Under the pieces are notes generated by a model. The model was not told the DNA's origin. It saw nothing but the letters and a program-made list of their open reading frames with translations, and did no database searches. Shown here piece after piece: positions 18,069 through 27,584 of a stretch of 64,000 bases of DNA (within the stretch, counting starts at the first letter, position 1; each line of letters begins with the position of its first letter). The DNA comes from Candidatus Sericytochromatia bacterium (lineage in GTDB: Bacteria; Cyanobacteriota; Sericytochromatia; S15B-MN24; JAQBPE01): assembly GCA_035285125.1 (NCBI GenBank), contig JAYKHR010000159.1:1-64000 (forward strand), read 5' to 3'. Both the position numbers and the translations under genes were made by a program.

Positions 18069-20174
18069 GTGAACAGGCTCCTCGCCGACAACTACGAAAT
18101 CATCAAAGAGGTGGGCCGCGGTGGCATGGGGGTGGTCTACCTCGCCCAGGACCGCAGGCTCAGCCGTCGGGTTGCGATCAAGGAACTGCTGATCAGCGGT
18201 CAGTCGCTCATGCCCGACGAGATCGAGAACGTGGTCGCGCGCTTCCAACGGGAAGCCCAAGCCGCAGCCAAGCTGCAGCACCCGGCCATTGTCAGCGTCT
18301 TCGAGTACCTCCGCGAGGGAGACGCTCATTACATGGTGATGGAATACCTGGAAGGCAAGAGCCTCCAGCACTACATCGACCAGCGCAAGAGCTTCACGGT
18401 CGAGCAGACCGTCGACATCGCCACGCAGGTCTGCAGCGCCCTCGATTACGCCCACGCCCATCAGATTGTCCACCGCGACATCAAGCCTGACAACATCTTG
18501 CTGCTGGACAACGGCAAGGTCAAACTGATGGACTTCGGCGTGGCCCGGCACGTGGGGGAGGTGTCCAAGCTCACGCAAGCGGGCACCACGCTGGGCACCA
18601 TTGCCTACATTTCTCCGGAACAGCTCTGCGACTCCCGGCTGGTCGACGGCCGCTCTGACCTGTTCTCGCTGGGGGCGATGCTCTACGAGATGCTGACGCT
18701 TCGCACGCCGTTCGATGGCGGCAACGTGGGCACCACGATCATGAAAATCATGAGCGAGGAGCCCGTCTCGCCTCGCCAGATGAACCCCAACATCCCCGCG
18801 CGGTTGGAGGTGGTGATCCTGCGCTCGCTGCGCAAGAGCCCTGACGAACGATTCCAGCGAGCGGCCGAAATGGCGCAGGCGCTGCAAAACGCGTTGCGGC
18901 AGGACAGCAACCCGGCCCCCCAGCCGCGCCCCGTTCAGCTCAACGTGGTGACGTGTCGGTCCTGCGGCACGGGCATTCCCGGCGGCCGCGGCCCCTGCCC
19001 GAAGTGCGGCCGCCTTCAGGCGCCGCCCGTGCAACCGACGTCCCCCGGCCCCGCCCCCGGACCGCGCCAACCCGCGGCAGCCCCACACTCGATGGGCGTA
19101 TCTGCCGGGCCTCGCCCGATGGTGGGGCCGCCTGGCCCGGCGGGCCCTGCACCCGGCACGCCGGCCGCCCGTCGCGGCACCGGCGCCCTGCCACCGCTCC
19201 CCCCTGGCGCTGTCCCGGGCGCACCGCGGCCTGGCGTGGCGGGGCCTGGCGGCCCCGGCGGGGTCGGACCGGGAGGCATCCGCCCGGGTGGCCCCAACAC
19301 CGGCGCCCTGCGCGCGCGGCCCATCATCGGCGCCCGCTTCCTGTATGCCTTCGGGACGCCCGGGTTCCAGCCCGGAGAGTTCCAGCAGCCCCGCGGACTC
19401 GCGATTGATGCGCGCGGCCAACTGCACGTGGCCGACACCGAGAATGGCCGGATCCAGGTCTTCGATCCGCAAGGGAAACACGTCAAGGACATCAGGCCCG
19501 CGATGGGCAAGGACAGCTTCCGATTCCCCCGCTCGCTGGCCATCTCCGCTCAAAGCGGCCGCATTTACGTGGTGGACGAGCTCGATTACCGCATCTACAT
19601 CCTGGATGCAGACGGCAAGCAGGTGTCCATCTGGGATCGGCGTCGCAACCAGAATGAACCCACGGCCATCCCGGGGCGCCTCGCCGTGTCGAGCAACGGC
19701 ACCATCTACGTGTCCGAGCCGAACAGCCACCGGGTGGTGATGTACAGCCCCAACCAGACGTTCATGGCGAACTTCGGCACGAACGGCGAGTTGCAGACGC
19801 CATCAGGCATCGTCGTGGGCCCCAAGTACGTCCTGTACGTGCTGGACTACGGCCAGTGCAAGGTCCACACCTTCGACGCCCGCGGCAAGGCCCTGTCGAC
19901 CTTTGGCCGACGCGGTAGCGGCCCAGGGGAGTTCAGCGTGCCACGCGACCTGACGGTCGACCGTTCGGGCCACACCTTCGTCGCGGACACCCTGAACCAC
20001 CGGATCCAGGTGTTCGACCCGCAAGGCGACCTGCTGCTTGCCTTCGGTCAGAAAGGCAAGCATGACGGCGCTTTCTCGGGCCCGGAGGGTATTGCGCTCT
20101 CCGCAGACGACCTGCTTTACGTCTCGGACAGGGGCAACAACAGGATCCAGGTTTTTCAGGTGGACCGCGCCTGA
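18069..20174 (+). CDS. Hanks-type Ser/Thr kinase with zinc ribbon, Pro/Gly linker and C-terminal NHL beta-propeller
   Basis: GRGGMGVVY, VAIK, HRDIKPDN, DFG, SPE, SDLFSLG; CRSC...CPKC; six NHL repeats; no TM helix. Start GTG 18069. Confidence 0.92.
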   Translation: MNRLLADNYEIIKEVGRGGMGVVYLAQDRRLSRRVAIKELLISGQSLMPDEIENVVARFQREAQAAAKLQHPAIVSVFEYLREGDAHYMVMEYLEGKSLQHYIDQRKSFTVEQTVDIATQVCSALDYAHAHQIVHRDIKPDNILLLDNGKVKLMDFGVARHVGEVSKLTQAGTTLGTIAYISPEQLCDSRLVDGRSDLFSLGAMLYEMLTLRTPFDGGNVGTTIMKIMSEEPVSPRQMNPNIPARLEVVILRSLRKSPDERFQRAAEMAQALQNALRQDSNPAPQPRPVQLNVVTCRSCGTGIPGGRGPCPKCGRLQAPPVQPTSPGPAPGPRQPAAAPHSMGVSAGPRPMVGPPGPAGPAPGTPAARRGTGALPPLPPGAVPGAPRPGVAGPGGPGGVGPGGIRPGGPNTGALRARPIIGARFLYAFGTPGFQPGEFQQPRGLAIDARGQLHVADTENGRIQVFDPQGKHVKDIRPAMGKDSFRFPRSLAISAQSGRIYVVDELDYRIYILDADGKQVSIWDRRRNQNEPTAIPGRLAVSSNGTIYVSEPNSHRVVMYSPNQTFMANFGTNGELQTPSGIVVGPKYVLYVLDYGQCKVHTFDARGKALSTFGRRGSGPGEFSVPRDLTVDRSGHTFVADTLNHRIQVFDPQGDLLLAFGQKGKHDGAFSGPEGIALSADDLLYVSDRGNNRIQVFQVDRA

Positions 20175-20293
20175 GGGCGGGGAATGTGGGGCCTGGCACC
20201 GCAAACTTGCGACAGAGAGTGTATCATTCCGCTTCAGAGGATCCAGGAATCACCCCGTCCGGTGAAACGAAACTTCGCGGTTCTTGATCGGCA

Positions 20294-20327
20294 GGTTTAG
20301 GCGACGGGGCGCGACGGGAAATAAAGT
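20294..20327 (+). promoter_or_regulatory. Alternative-sigma (SigB/SigF-like) promoter of the pilin gene
   Basis: GGTTTAGG-N13-CGGGAAATAAAGT, i.e. GTTT-N17-GGGAAA; a near-identical copy lies upstream of rny. Confidence 0.65.
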
Positions 20328-20367
20328 GCAGGGCCGAGGAGCCCGCTTGAAAGGAGACCAGTACGTC

Positions 20368-20967
20368 ATGACGCACACTTCGCGAATCGCTCAGGCGTTT
20401 CGGTTGCTGACGGCCATTCAGAAGCGTCAGCGCAAGGGATTCACGCTGATCGAGCTGCTGGTGGTCGTCGTGATCATCGGCATCTTGGCCTCGGTCGCGC
20501 TGCCGTCCTTCGTCGGCGCCCAGGATAAGGCCCGCAACGCCTCCGTCTCGGCCAACCTCAGCACCATCCGCATGGCGCTCGAGCAGTACGCCACCGACAA
20601 CAACGGCTCTTACCCGACGTCCGCCGGCTTCGCCACGGCGATGCTCACGAACGGCTACTTGCCGGGCAACAGGATGCCCAAGGCGCCGTGGAGCGCGACG
20701 GCTCAGAGCACGATGCTGGCCCCGGCGGGCAGCTCCGCAGGGCAGGTGCCTGTGCTCGACATCGCCGCTGGGACGGCCACCCTGTCCTCCCTGGGGTCGC
20801 TGATCACGGCCAGTGGCAAGGTCGCAGCCGCGCCAAGTTCCAATGACTGCTTCGGCTTCGTCGCCTACGACTACGCGCCGGACAACCAGATCTACGTGGT
20901 CTACGGCACGGGCAAGAAGAACAAAAACGCCATCACCGCTGCGGCAGCCTCCAACGGTTCCAACTAA
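20368..20967 (+). CDS. pilA: Type IV major pilin
   Basis: RBS AAGGAG; class III signal KRQRKG|FTLIELLVVVVIIGILASVALPSF; first gene of the pil locus. Confidence 0.85.
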   Translation: MTHTSRIAQAFRLLTAIQKRQRKGFTLIELLVVVVIIGILASVALPSFVGAQDKARNASVSANLSTIRMALEQYATDNNGSYPTSAGFATAMLTNGYLPGNRMPKAPWSATAQSTMLAPAGSSAGQVPVLDIAAGTATLSSLGSLITASGKVAAAPSSNDCFGFVAYDYAPDNQIYVVYGTGKKNKNAITAAAASNGSN

Positions 20968-20998
20968 CGGCTCCCGCAGCCTCGGTTACCCACCAACG

Positions 20999-21024
20999 GA
21001 CCGTCCGGGAGCCTCCGGGCGGTC
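20999..21024 (+). terminator. Hairpin after pilin (partial terminator or stabiliser)
   Basis: GACCGTCCGG-gagcct-CCGGGCGGTC, 10-bp stem with one G-U pair. Confidence 0.5.
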
Positions 21025-21048
21025 TGCTTGCATTCAGCGACACCTGCC

Positions 21049-21798
21049 GTGACCGACACCATTCTGGAGACCCGAGACCTCTGCAAGGTCTACACGAGCT
21101 TTCCCCGAAAGCGGGTACAGACGCTGTTTGACCTCACGCTCGAGGTGCGTCGTGGGGAGACCTTCGGGTTGCTCGGGCCGAACGGCGAAGGGAAGACGAC
21201 CACCCAGAAGCTCTTCCTGGGCTTGCTCCGTCCCACCTCGGGCACGGTGCGGGTCTTCGGCGAGGCCCCCGACCAGCCCGAGGTCCGTCGGCGCATCGGC
21301 TTCCTGCCTGAGAACCCATATTTCTACACGTACCTGACAGGCCGGGAATTCCTGGCCTTCTGCGCCGACCTTTTCGGCCTGTCCGAAGACACCAAGCGGA
21401 GCCGCATCCCGAGCTTGCTCTCGCTCGTCGACATGGAGCGGGGGGCGGATACGCAGATGCGTCGCTACTCCAAGGGGATGCTGCAGCGCATCGGCATCGC
21501 ACAGGCCCTCATCAACGACCCGGACCTGGTCTTCCTCGACGAGCCCACCAGCGGCCTCGACCCGATCGGCCACAAAGAAATCAGCGACATCATCCGCTCG
21601 CTTCGGGCCCAGGGCAAGACGCTCTTCATCAACTCGCACGTGATGATGGACGTGCAGGTGATGTGCGACCGCATCGGCATCCTCCACCGCGGCCGGTTGG
21701 TGGCGTGCGGTGCGATCCCCGACCTGCTTCAAGACGGGGAGTCGCTGGAAACCTTCTTCGTCAGAACCATCGAGGCCGTTGAACGGCAGGCTTCGTGA
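21049..21798 (+). CDS. ABC transporter ATP-binding protein (PilH-like)
   Basis: Walker A GPNGEGKTT, GFLPENPYFY, signature YSKGM, Walker B LVFLDEP, SH. Start GTG 21049 or TTG 21028. Confidence 0.9.
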   Translation: MTDTILETRDLCKVYTSFPRKRVQTLFDLTLEVRRGETFGLLGPNGEGKTTTQKLFLGLLRPTSGTVRVFGEAPDQPEVRRRIGFLPENPYFYTYLTGREFLAFCADLFGLSEDTKRSRIPSLLSLVDMERGADTQMRRYSKGMLQRIGIAQALINDPDLVFLDEPTSGLDPIGHKEISDIIRSLRAQGKTLFINSHVMMDVQVMCDRIGILHRGRLVACGAIPDLLQDGESLETFFVRTIEAVERQAS

Positions 21799-22568
21799 GG
21801 CAAGCCGTGCGCACCACCCTCGCCATTGCTCGCAACACCTTCCTGGAGACGATCCGCGACCGCATCTTGAACGCCATCGTGCTCTTCGCCGTGGTGCTGA
21901 TCGGTTCCTCAATTCTTCTCGGCCAGCTCTCGGCAGGCCAGGACGTCAAAATCATCAAGGACCTCGGCCTGGCAGCGATCAATTTCTTTGGCGTGGTGAT
22001 CGCCATCTTTGTGGGCACCAGCCTGGTCCACAAGGAACTCGACAAGCGCACGGTCTTCGTGGTGCTCACGAAGCCGGTGCCGCGGCCCGCCTTTTTGCTG
22101 GGCAAGCTGGTCGGCCTCTCGACCACCCTCACGGTGCTGACGGCGGCCATGGGCGCCTCGTACCTGGGCCTGCTGCTGCTGCTCAAGGTGCCCTTGCACG
22201 CGGGGATGTTCCAGGCAATCGGCCTGGCCTGGCTGGAGTTCCAGCTGCTGACGGTGGTGACCATCCTCTTCTCGACCTTCTCGACCCCCGTGCTCTGTAT
22301 GCTTTATGCCTTTGCGCTGTACGTCATCGGGCACAACATGGGGACGCTGGCAGATCTCGGCAAGAAGGCCCCACCCGTGTTGCGCGGCGTGATCGAGCTG
22401 CTGCAGGTGGCGCTTCCGAACCTCACGCTGTATGACATCAAGAACCAGGTGGTGTACGGCTTTTGGGCTCCTACCGGGCAGCTGGCCTGGACCGCCGCCT
22501 ACACGCTCGCCTACGGGGCTGCCGTGTTTTGCGTCGCGGCTGCTGTGTTTGCCCGTCGGGAGTTCTGA
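21795..22568 (+). CDS. ABC-2-type permease (PilI-like)
   Basis: IARNTFLETIRDR, KIIKDLGL, KELDKRT...LTKPV.R..FLLGK, F.RREF; six TM helices; GTGA overlap with the ATPase. Confidence 0.85.
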   Translation: MRQAVRTTLAIARNTFLETIRDRILNAIVLFAVVLIGSSILLGQLSAGQDVKIIKDLGLAAINFFGVVIAIFVGTSLVHKELDKRTVFVVLTKPVPRPAFLLGKLVGLSTTLTVLTAAMGASYLGLLLLLKVPLHAGMFQAIGLAWLEFQLLTVVTILFSTFSTPVLCMLYAFALYVIGHNMGTLADLGKKAPPVLRGVIELLQVALPNLTLYDIKNQVVYGFWAPTGQLAWTAAYTLAYGAAVFCVAAAVFARREF

Positions 22569-22570
22569 CC

Positions 22571-23284
22571 ATGGCCGATGGCCTCAAGTGGCTTGCCGGC
22601 GTTTTCCTCGGGCTGGCTTGCTCGATGCAGGCGACCAGGGCCGTGAGCGCCTACCCGTCACCCGAGATCGACCGGAACATGATGTTCGTGCCCTCTGCAA
22701 CGCTCGTCCGGGCGACGGCCAGCGGCTATGAAAACCTCATCGCTGACTCCCTCTGGCTGTCGCTCTTGCAGTACTACGGCGACCGCTACTTCGCGGACGA
22801 CCGGACGATGGTCAACCTGGAGGAGATGTTCACCCTCATCACCGGCCTGGATAAGCGCTTCTGGTTTGCTTACTGGCTGGGAGCCTGGGCCCTCAGCGAC
22901 AACGGCCAGGTCGAGGCGGCGCTCAGGCTGCTGGAGCGAGGCGAGGCAGCCAACCCCCAGGAGCTCAATTACCCCTACTTGCAGGGGTTCATCCGCTTTT
23001 TGATGAAGCGGGACTACCCCGGCGCGGCCGCCTGCTTCGAGCGTGCAGCCACCAAGCCCGTCGTGGAGATGGAGAACCAGCGCAGGTTCTCGCGGACCAT
23101 GGCGGCCAGGATGTACCGGGAGCAGGGCCAGCTCGACCTCGCGCTGCAGGTTTGGAAGAACCTGCTGGAGAACGCCACGGACCGGACGCTGGCGGACATC
23201 GCCAAGACCAACATCCGCCGCATCGAGGCCGAGATGAAGGCCGGTGCCCCTTCTCACCGCAAGGTGGGCACCGGCCCGCGCTGA
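22571..23284 (+). CDS. Exported TPR-like protein (myxobacterial PilG-like)
   Basis: N-terminal hydrophobic segment, GYENLIADSLW...QYYG, helical repeats; third gene after the ABC pair. Confidence 0.6.
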   Translation: MADGLKWLAGVFLGLACSMQATRAVSAYPSPEIDRNMMFVPSATLVRATASGYENLIADSLWLSLLQYYGDRYFADDRTMVNLEEMFTLITGLDKRFWFAYWLGAWALSDNGQVEAALRLLERGEAANPQELNYPYLQGFIRFLMKRDYPGAAACFERAATKPVVEMENQRRFSRTMAARMYREQGQLDLALQVWKNLLENATDRTLADIAKTNIRRIEAEMKAGAPSHRKVGTGPR

Positions 23285-23477
23285 GACCGTCGGCTGCGTG
23301 TCAGGCGACAAGCGGCTTTTGGCGTGATGAACGTAACAACGTACCATCCGGCCCCTGGCATATAATGCGGGGGCCTGGGTACATATCACGTGACGAATTT
23401 TTATCTGGAAAACGGCTGCCCAGCAGCTGCAACGCCCCCAATCGCATCCGGTGGAAAGCCGGAGAGGTCTGCTGCGG

Positions 23478-24485
23478 ATGACGCCCGGTTCGTTGATGGT
23501 GCCCGCGTCGTGGTGGGGCCCTCTCGCGTTGCTTTTCGGCGCGATGATAGGGTCCTTCTTGAATGTCGTCATCTACCGGCTTCCCGCGGGGCAGTCCATC
23601 GTTTGGCCCGGCTCTCGCTGCCCCCACTGCGCCACGGCACTGCCCGCCTGGCAGAATGTGCCGGTCCTGAGCTTTCTGGCGCTGAGGGGCCGTTGCGCCA
23701 CGTGCCGGGCCCCGATCTCCTGGCGCTACCCGCTCATCGAGGCCTCCACGGGCCTGCTGTTCTGGGCGGTGCTGCAGGCCCACGGTCCCACGTGGCAGAC
23801 GCTCGCGCTGTGGGCCTTTGTTGCCCTGGGGATCGTGGTCTTCTGGATCGACCTGGACACGATGCTCATCCACGACGCCGTCACGCTGCCGGGGATCGGC
23901 CTGGGGCTGGCCTACGGCTTCGCGTTGACGGACAATGGCATCTCTGGGCTCGTCGCAGCGCTGGGAGCCTGGGCCTTCTTGCTGGCGGTGAACAGCCTCT
24001 CGCTGCTGCTCCTGGGGCAGGATGGCGTGGGCGACGGCGATATGACCCTGGTGATGATGCTCGGGGCCTGGCTTGGCACCCGGCACACGCTGGTGGCTCT
24101 TGGCTTCGCCCTGATCGTGGGCAGCCTCTGGGGGCTGTTCCAGCTGCACGCGCGCTGGTGGAGCTTCGGGGCCAGGGCGCCCCTGGCCGCGGCCGCCCTG
24201 GTGGCCCCCGCGAGCTTCGAGCTGGTGTGCCTGGTGACGGGCTTGCCCACCGGCAGCCCACAGTGGTGGTGCGGTGGGCACCTCGACCTGACAGGCTGGG
24301 CGGTGGCCGTCACCGCCTCGGTGTTTCTTGCCCTGGCGGCGGGGTGGCTGTTGCGGCGACTGACGCACGCAGAGCCTCCCCACGTGATGCCATTCGGTCC
24401 GGCGCTGGTGGCGGGGGGCGTGGGCGCGCTCTTCGTGGGTGCTCCCACCTGGACGTGGCTGTCCAGCCACGTCGTGGGCCCCTGA
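23478..24485 (+). CDS. pilD: Prepilin peptidase/N-methyltransferase (A24A)
   Basis: GSFLNVVIYRLP, SRCPHC, GRCATC..ISWRYP, IDLD and GDGD aspartates, PFGPAL. Confidence 0.92.
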   Translation: MTPGSLMVPASWWGPLALLFGAMIGSFLNVVIYRLPAGQSIVWPGSRCPHCATALPAWQNVPVLSFLALRGRCATCRAPISWRYPLIEASTGLLFWAVLQAHGPTWQTLALWAFVALGIVVFWIDLDTMLIHDAVTLPGIGLGLAYGFALTDNGISGLVAALGAWAFLLAVNSLSLLLLGQDGVGDGDMTLVMMLGAWLGTRHTLVALGFALIVGSLWGLFQLHARWWSFGARAPLAAAALVAPASFELVCLVTGLPTGSPQWWCGGHLDLTGWAVAVTASVFLALAAGWLLRRLTHAEPPHVMPFGPALVAGGVGALFVGAPTWTWLSSHVVGP

Positions 24486-24503
24486 GGTTGAAGGAGGCTT
24501 CGT

Positions 24504-25601
24504 ATGCAGTGGCTTGACGCGCTGAAGGCGCGCATCGGCCTGAAGGCCAAGGCCGTCGTCGGGTTGGACATCGGGCCGGACGCCATCGTGGTCGCCAGCC
24601 TGTCGAAGGGCAAGACGGGCTACGTTGTTGAGGCCCTCGGCTCTGCGCCTATGCCGTCCAACTCGCTGCAGGACGGCGAGATCGCGGACCCGGCCGCCGT
24701 GGGCGAGTTGGTGCGCGGCCTGCTCGACGAGCAGGGCATCGAGGCCGACCAGGCCGTGGTTGCCATCAGCGGGCAGAGCGTCATCATCCGCCTCATTGCG
24801 ACGGAGCCGATGGAGCCCGGCGAGTTGGACACCTACATCGGCATCGAGGCGGAGCGGTACATCCCCTTCGCGCTGGATGACGTGAACATCAGCTCGCAGA
24901 TCGTGGGCAACACCGTCGACGAGTCAGGCAACGACAAAATGGAAGTGCTGCTGGTCGCAGCCCAGAAGAACCTGGTGCAGTCCTTCATCTCTGCCGCGGA
25001 GGAGGCCGGCCTGGGCCTGAAGTGTGTCGACGTGGCCTCTTTCGCTGTGATGAGAGCCCTAGAGAAGTCAGAATACCTTGACGATAATCAGACGGTTGCT
25101 GCGCTGCTGATCCAGGGCCCCTCCACCGACATCAACGTGCTGTCGGGCGGGGTCCCCAAGTTCAACCGCAGCGTGCTGATTGGCTACACCTACCTCGTGG
25201 ACAACCTGATCAACTCTCTCGGCATCGATGAATTCGCCGCTCGCGAGCTGCTCGACCAGCTCGACGTGGACCCGCAGGGCTACGAAGACATCTCAGCGGA
25301 GGTCGAGCAGGCGACGGAAATCATCAGGCCGGCGCTGTCCGAGCTGACGGGCGAGATCAGCCGGTCGCTGGACTTCTTCATGAGCCAGGGCGGCGCCACC
25401 ATCGACCGGATCGTCATTTGCGGCAAGGGGGCCTCGATCCGTGGCCTCGACCGCTTTCTGACCACGCGCCTCGGCATCGAGGTCGCCGTCGGGAATCCGT
25501 TCACCGCCCTCGGGATCGACAACGTCGAGGTCGAGGAGTCTCAGGCTCCAGCCTACATCACGGCCATGGGGCTGGCGCTGCGGGGGCTTGAGGGACCATG
25601 A
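24504..25601 (+). CDS. pilM: Type IV pilus assembly protein PilM
   Basis: VGLDIG, EAERYIPF, VLLVAA, EISRSLDFF, NPF, AMGLALRG (actin-like fold). Confidence 0.93.
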   Translation: MQWLDALKARIGLKAKAVVGLDIGPDAIVVASLSKGKTGYVVEALGSAPMPSNSLQDGEIADPAAVGELVRGLLDEQGIEADQAVVAISGQSVIIRLIATEPMEPGELDTYIGIEAERYIPFALDDVNISSQIVGNTVDESGNDKMEVLLVAAQKNLVQSFISAAEEAGLGLKCVDVASFAVMRALEKSEYLDDNQTVAALLIQGPSTDINVLSGGVPKFNRSVLIGYTYLVDNLINSLGIDEFAARELLDQLDVDPQGYEDISAEVEQATEIIRPALSELTGEISRSLDFFMSQGGATIDRIVICGKGASIRGLDRFLTTRLGIEVAVGNPFTALGIDNVEVEESQAPAYITAMGLALRGLEGP

Positions 25602-26209
25602 CCACCATCAACATCAACCTGCTCCCCGAGGAGATGCGCGCCAGCGGTGGCGGCGCATCCGGCGGCGGCGAGGGGGGCTTCAACCGCGAGGCCATGCTGC
25701 CCATTGCAGGGGGCGTGGGCGCAGCACTCCTGGTCCTCACCGTGCCCTTCCTCCTGCGGACCCTCTGGTTCGACCCCAGCTCGGTAGAGCTCCAGGAGAA
25801 AGACAGCGAGGTGCAGGCGGAGATTGACAAGTACAACACCTCGCTGAAGGACCTGCAGAGCCAAGGCGAGCGGCGGGAGATGCTCAAAAAGCAGTACGCC
25901 ACCCTGCAGAGCGTGGCCGGGGTGACGCCCTCGTGGGCGCAGATCCTCAACGAGTTGCGGACCCTGACGCCAGGTAGCCTGTGGTTCGAGGACTTCAAGG
26001 TCGACTCCCAGAAGGCCGAGATCAGCATCAAGGGTGGTGCGCTGGATTACGGCGCGGTCGCCTATTTCCAACGTAACCTGGAGCACTCGGAGTACTTTGC
26101 AGGGCCGCAGCTGCGCCGCACGGAGGCGCACGTCAACAACGGCCGCACCAGCTTCGTTCAGTTCGAGCTGTCGGCCAGCGTGCGCCTCGGCGCCAGAACG
26201 TCACGGTAG
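25598..26209 (+). CDS. pilN: Type IV pilus assembly protein PilN
   Basis: ININLLP motif, single TM helix, coiled coil, W..IL.EL...P..LW; ATGA overlap with pilM. Confidence 0.9.
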   Translation: MTTININLLPEEMRASGGGASGGGEGGFNREAMLPIAGGVGAALLVLTVPFLLRTLWFDPSSVELQEKDSEVQAEIDKYNTSLKDLQSQGERREMLKKQYATLQSVAGVTPSWAQILNELRTLTPGSLWFEDFKVDSQKAEISIKGGALDYGAVAYFQRNLEHSEYFAGPQLRRTEAHVNNGRTSFVQFELSASVRLGARTSR

Positions 26210-26217
26210 GGAGAGGC

Positions 26218-26847
26218 ATGAGCACCATCACCATCGGAGGGAATGAAGTCCCCGCCAAGGGGGTGGCTGCCGCTATTGTGGGCCTGGCACTGGCCTACCT
26301 GGCCTACGACACCTTCCTGTCAGAGGACAGCTTGATGGGGCGGTACGACGCCCTGCAGGCCCAGGAGCAGGGCATCGAGGAGAAGCGCAACACCGCGCAA
26401 CAACTCAAGCAGCAGACCCGGGAGATCGACAAGGTGAAGGCCGAGATCCTCGACGTCGAGAAGGCCATCGCAGTCCTGCGCTCCAAGATCCCGGTCGAGG
26501 CCCAGCTGCCCGTGCTCCTTTACGACATCGAGCGCATGGCCCGGGCCAGCCGCGGTGGCCTGGAGTCCTTCCAGCCCGAGGCGCTGGCGAGCTTCAAGGG
26601 CGACCCAAGCGGCGAGATCCAGGAGTTGCCCATTTCCATCAAGGCTAATGGCACCTTCTCGCAGGTGCTGCAGTTCCTCGAGGCCATCAACCTGTACGAA
26701 CGCAAGCTCTCTGTGAGCAACCTGACGCTCAAGCCTCTCCAGGCCTCGCCAAGCGTCGGTGGCAGCGGCGCCGATTTCCGGAACAACCTCGCGATGGAAT
26801 TCAAACTGAACGCTTACATCCTCCGCAGCAAGGGAGGCACGCCATGA
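26218..26847 (+). CDS. pilO: Type IV pilus assembly protein PilO
   Basis: TM helix plus coiled coil, KIP.EAQLP.LL.DI, ELPISI...GTF..VLQFL; position in the locus. Confidence 0.88.
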   Translation: MSTITIGGNEVPAKGVAAAIVGLALAYLAYDTFLSEDSLMGRYDALQAQEQGIEEKRNTAQQLKQQTREIDKVKAEILDVEKAIAVLRSKIPVEAQLPVLLYDIERMARASRGGLESFQPEALASFKGDPSGEIQELPISIKANGTFSQVLQFLEAINLYERKLSVSNLTLKPLQASPSVGGSGADFRNNLAMEFKLNAYILRSKGGTP

Positions 26848-27584
26848 ACTTCGCGCAAGCGATGATCGTCCCGTCCCTTGTCAGCATGGGGCTCGGGACG
26901 TTGATGGTGGCCCAGAACCTGTCCTTCGTGGAAGCGGGCTATGCGGCGCCTGCTGGCCCTGCAGCCCCCGCGGGTAAGGAAGGGAAGCAGGCCCCGAAGG
27001 TCGATTCGCGGCCACAGGCCGCGGCCCCGGGCGCGGCAACGCCCGGCAACGCGGAAGAGGTCCAGTTCGGCAAGGGTGAGGGTGCCGTGCTGGCTGCGAC
27101 CTCGGAGCAAGAGCTCTCCGTGCGCGCCGTCGAGGCCGCCGGCCGAGAGGACCCGTTCCTCCAGCTGGTGCCGCCCGACCCGGGCTCCATCAAGGTCCCG
27201 ATCGAGATTGCCCCGCTCACGAAGCTCCCCCCCATCTCGACGGTCGCGCCGACGATCCCGGTCGTCAAGCCCGTGCCGCCGCCGGTGGTGCCCGTGACCG
27301 CCGTGAAGCCTCCCGTCAATGGGGCGGCTGCCCCCCCTCCTCCAAAGCCCTTCGGCGGCGACAAGCCACCGGCCCTGGATCAGCCTCAGTGGCTGGTGCG
27401 CGGCATCGTCAGCACGGGTTACGAGCGCATCTGCATGCTCGAAGGCCGCGCCGGCAACAACATCAGCGCCCGCATCGGCGAGACCCTCTCAGACGGAAGC
27501 GTCGTGGAGGCCATCTCCAACCGAGGCGTCACCTTCATCCGCGGCGGCCGTCGCTTCGTGAAGATCATTGGAGGCATCCTGTGA
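26844..27584 (+). CDS. PilP-like protein (Pro-rich, no lipobox)
   Basis: Lies between pilO and the secretin; GREDPF motif, Pro-rich linker, C-terminal beta domain (VRGIV...RIGETLSDG.VVEAI). Confidence 0.6.
   Translation: MNFAQAMIVPSLVSMGLGTLMVAQNLSFVEAGYAAPAGPAAPAGKEGKQAPKVDSRPQAAAPGAATPGNAEEVQFGKGEGAVLAATSEQELSVRAVEAAGREDPFLQLVPPDPGSIKVPIEIAPLTKLPPISTVAPTIPVVKPVPPPVVPVTAVKPPVNGAAAPPPPKPFGGDKPPALDQPQWLVRGIVSTGYERICMLEGRAGNNISARIGETLSDGSVVEAISNRGVTFIRGGRRFVKIIGGIL

Noticed and set aside
20194..20210. Sigma54-like TGGCAC...TTGC upstream of the pilin
   Set aside because: GG-to-GC spacing is 12 nt instead of the strictly required 10.
21175..21201. Walker A variant GPNGEGKTT as an inactive ATPase
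   Set aside because: It still fits GxxGxGKT, and the signature, Walker B and H-loop are intact.
23285..23477. c-di-GMP or other riboswitch upstream of pilD
   Set aside because: Only a short hairpin (TCCGG-tggaaag-CCGGA) and a TATAAT at 23361 are present; no GEMM or other aptamer consensus.
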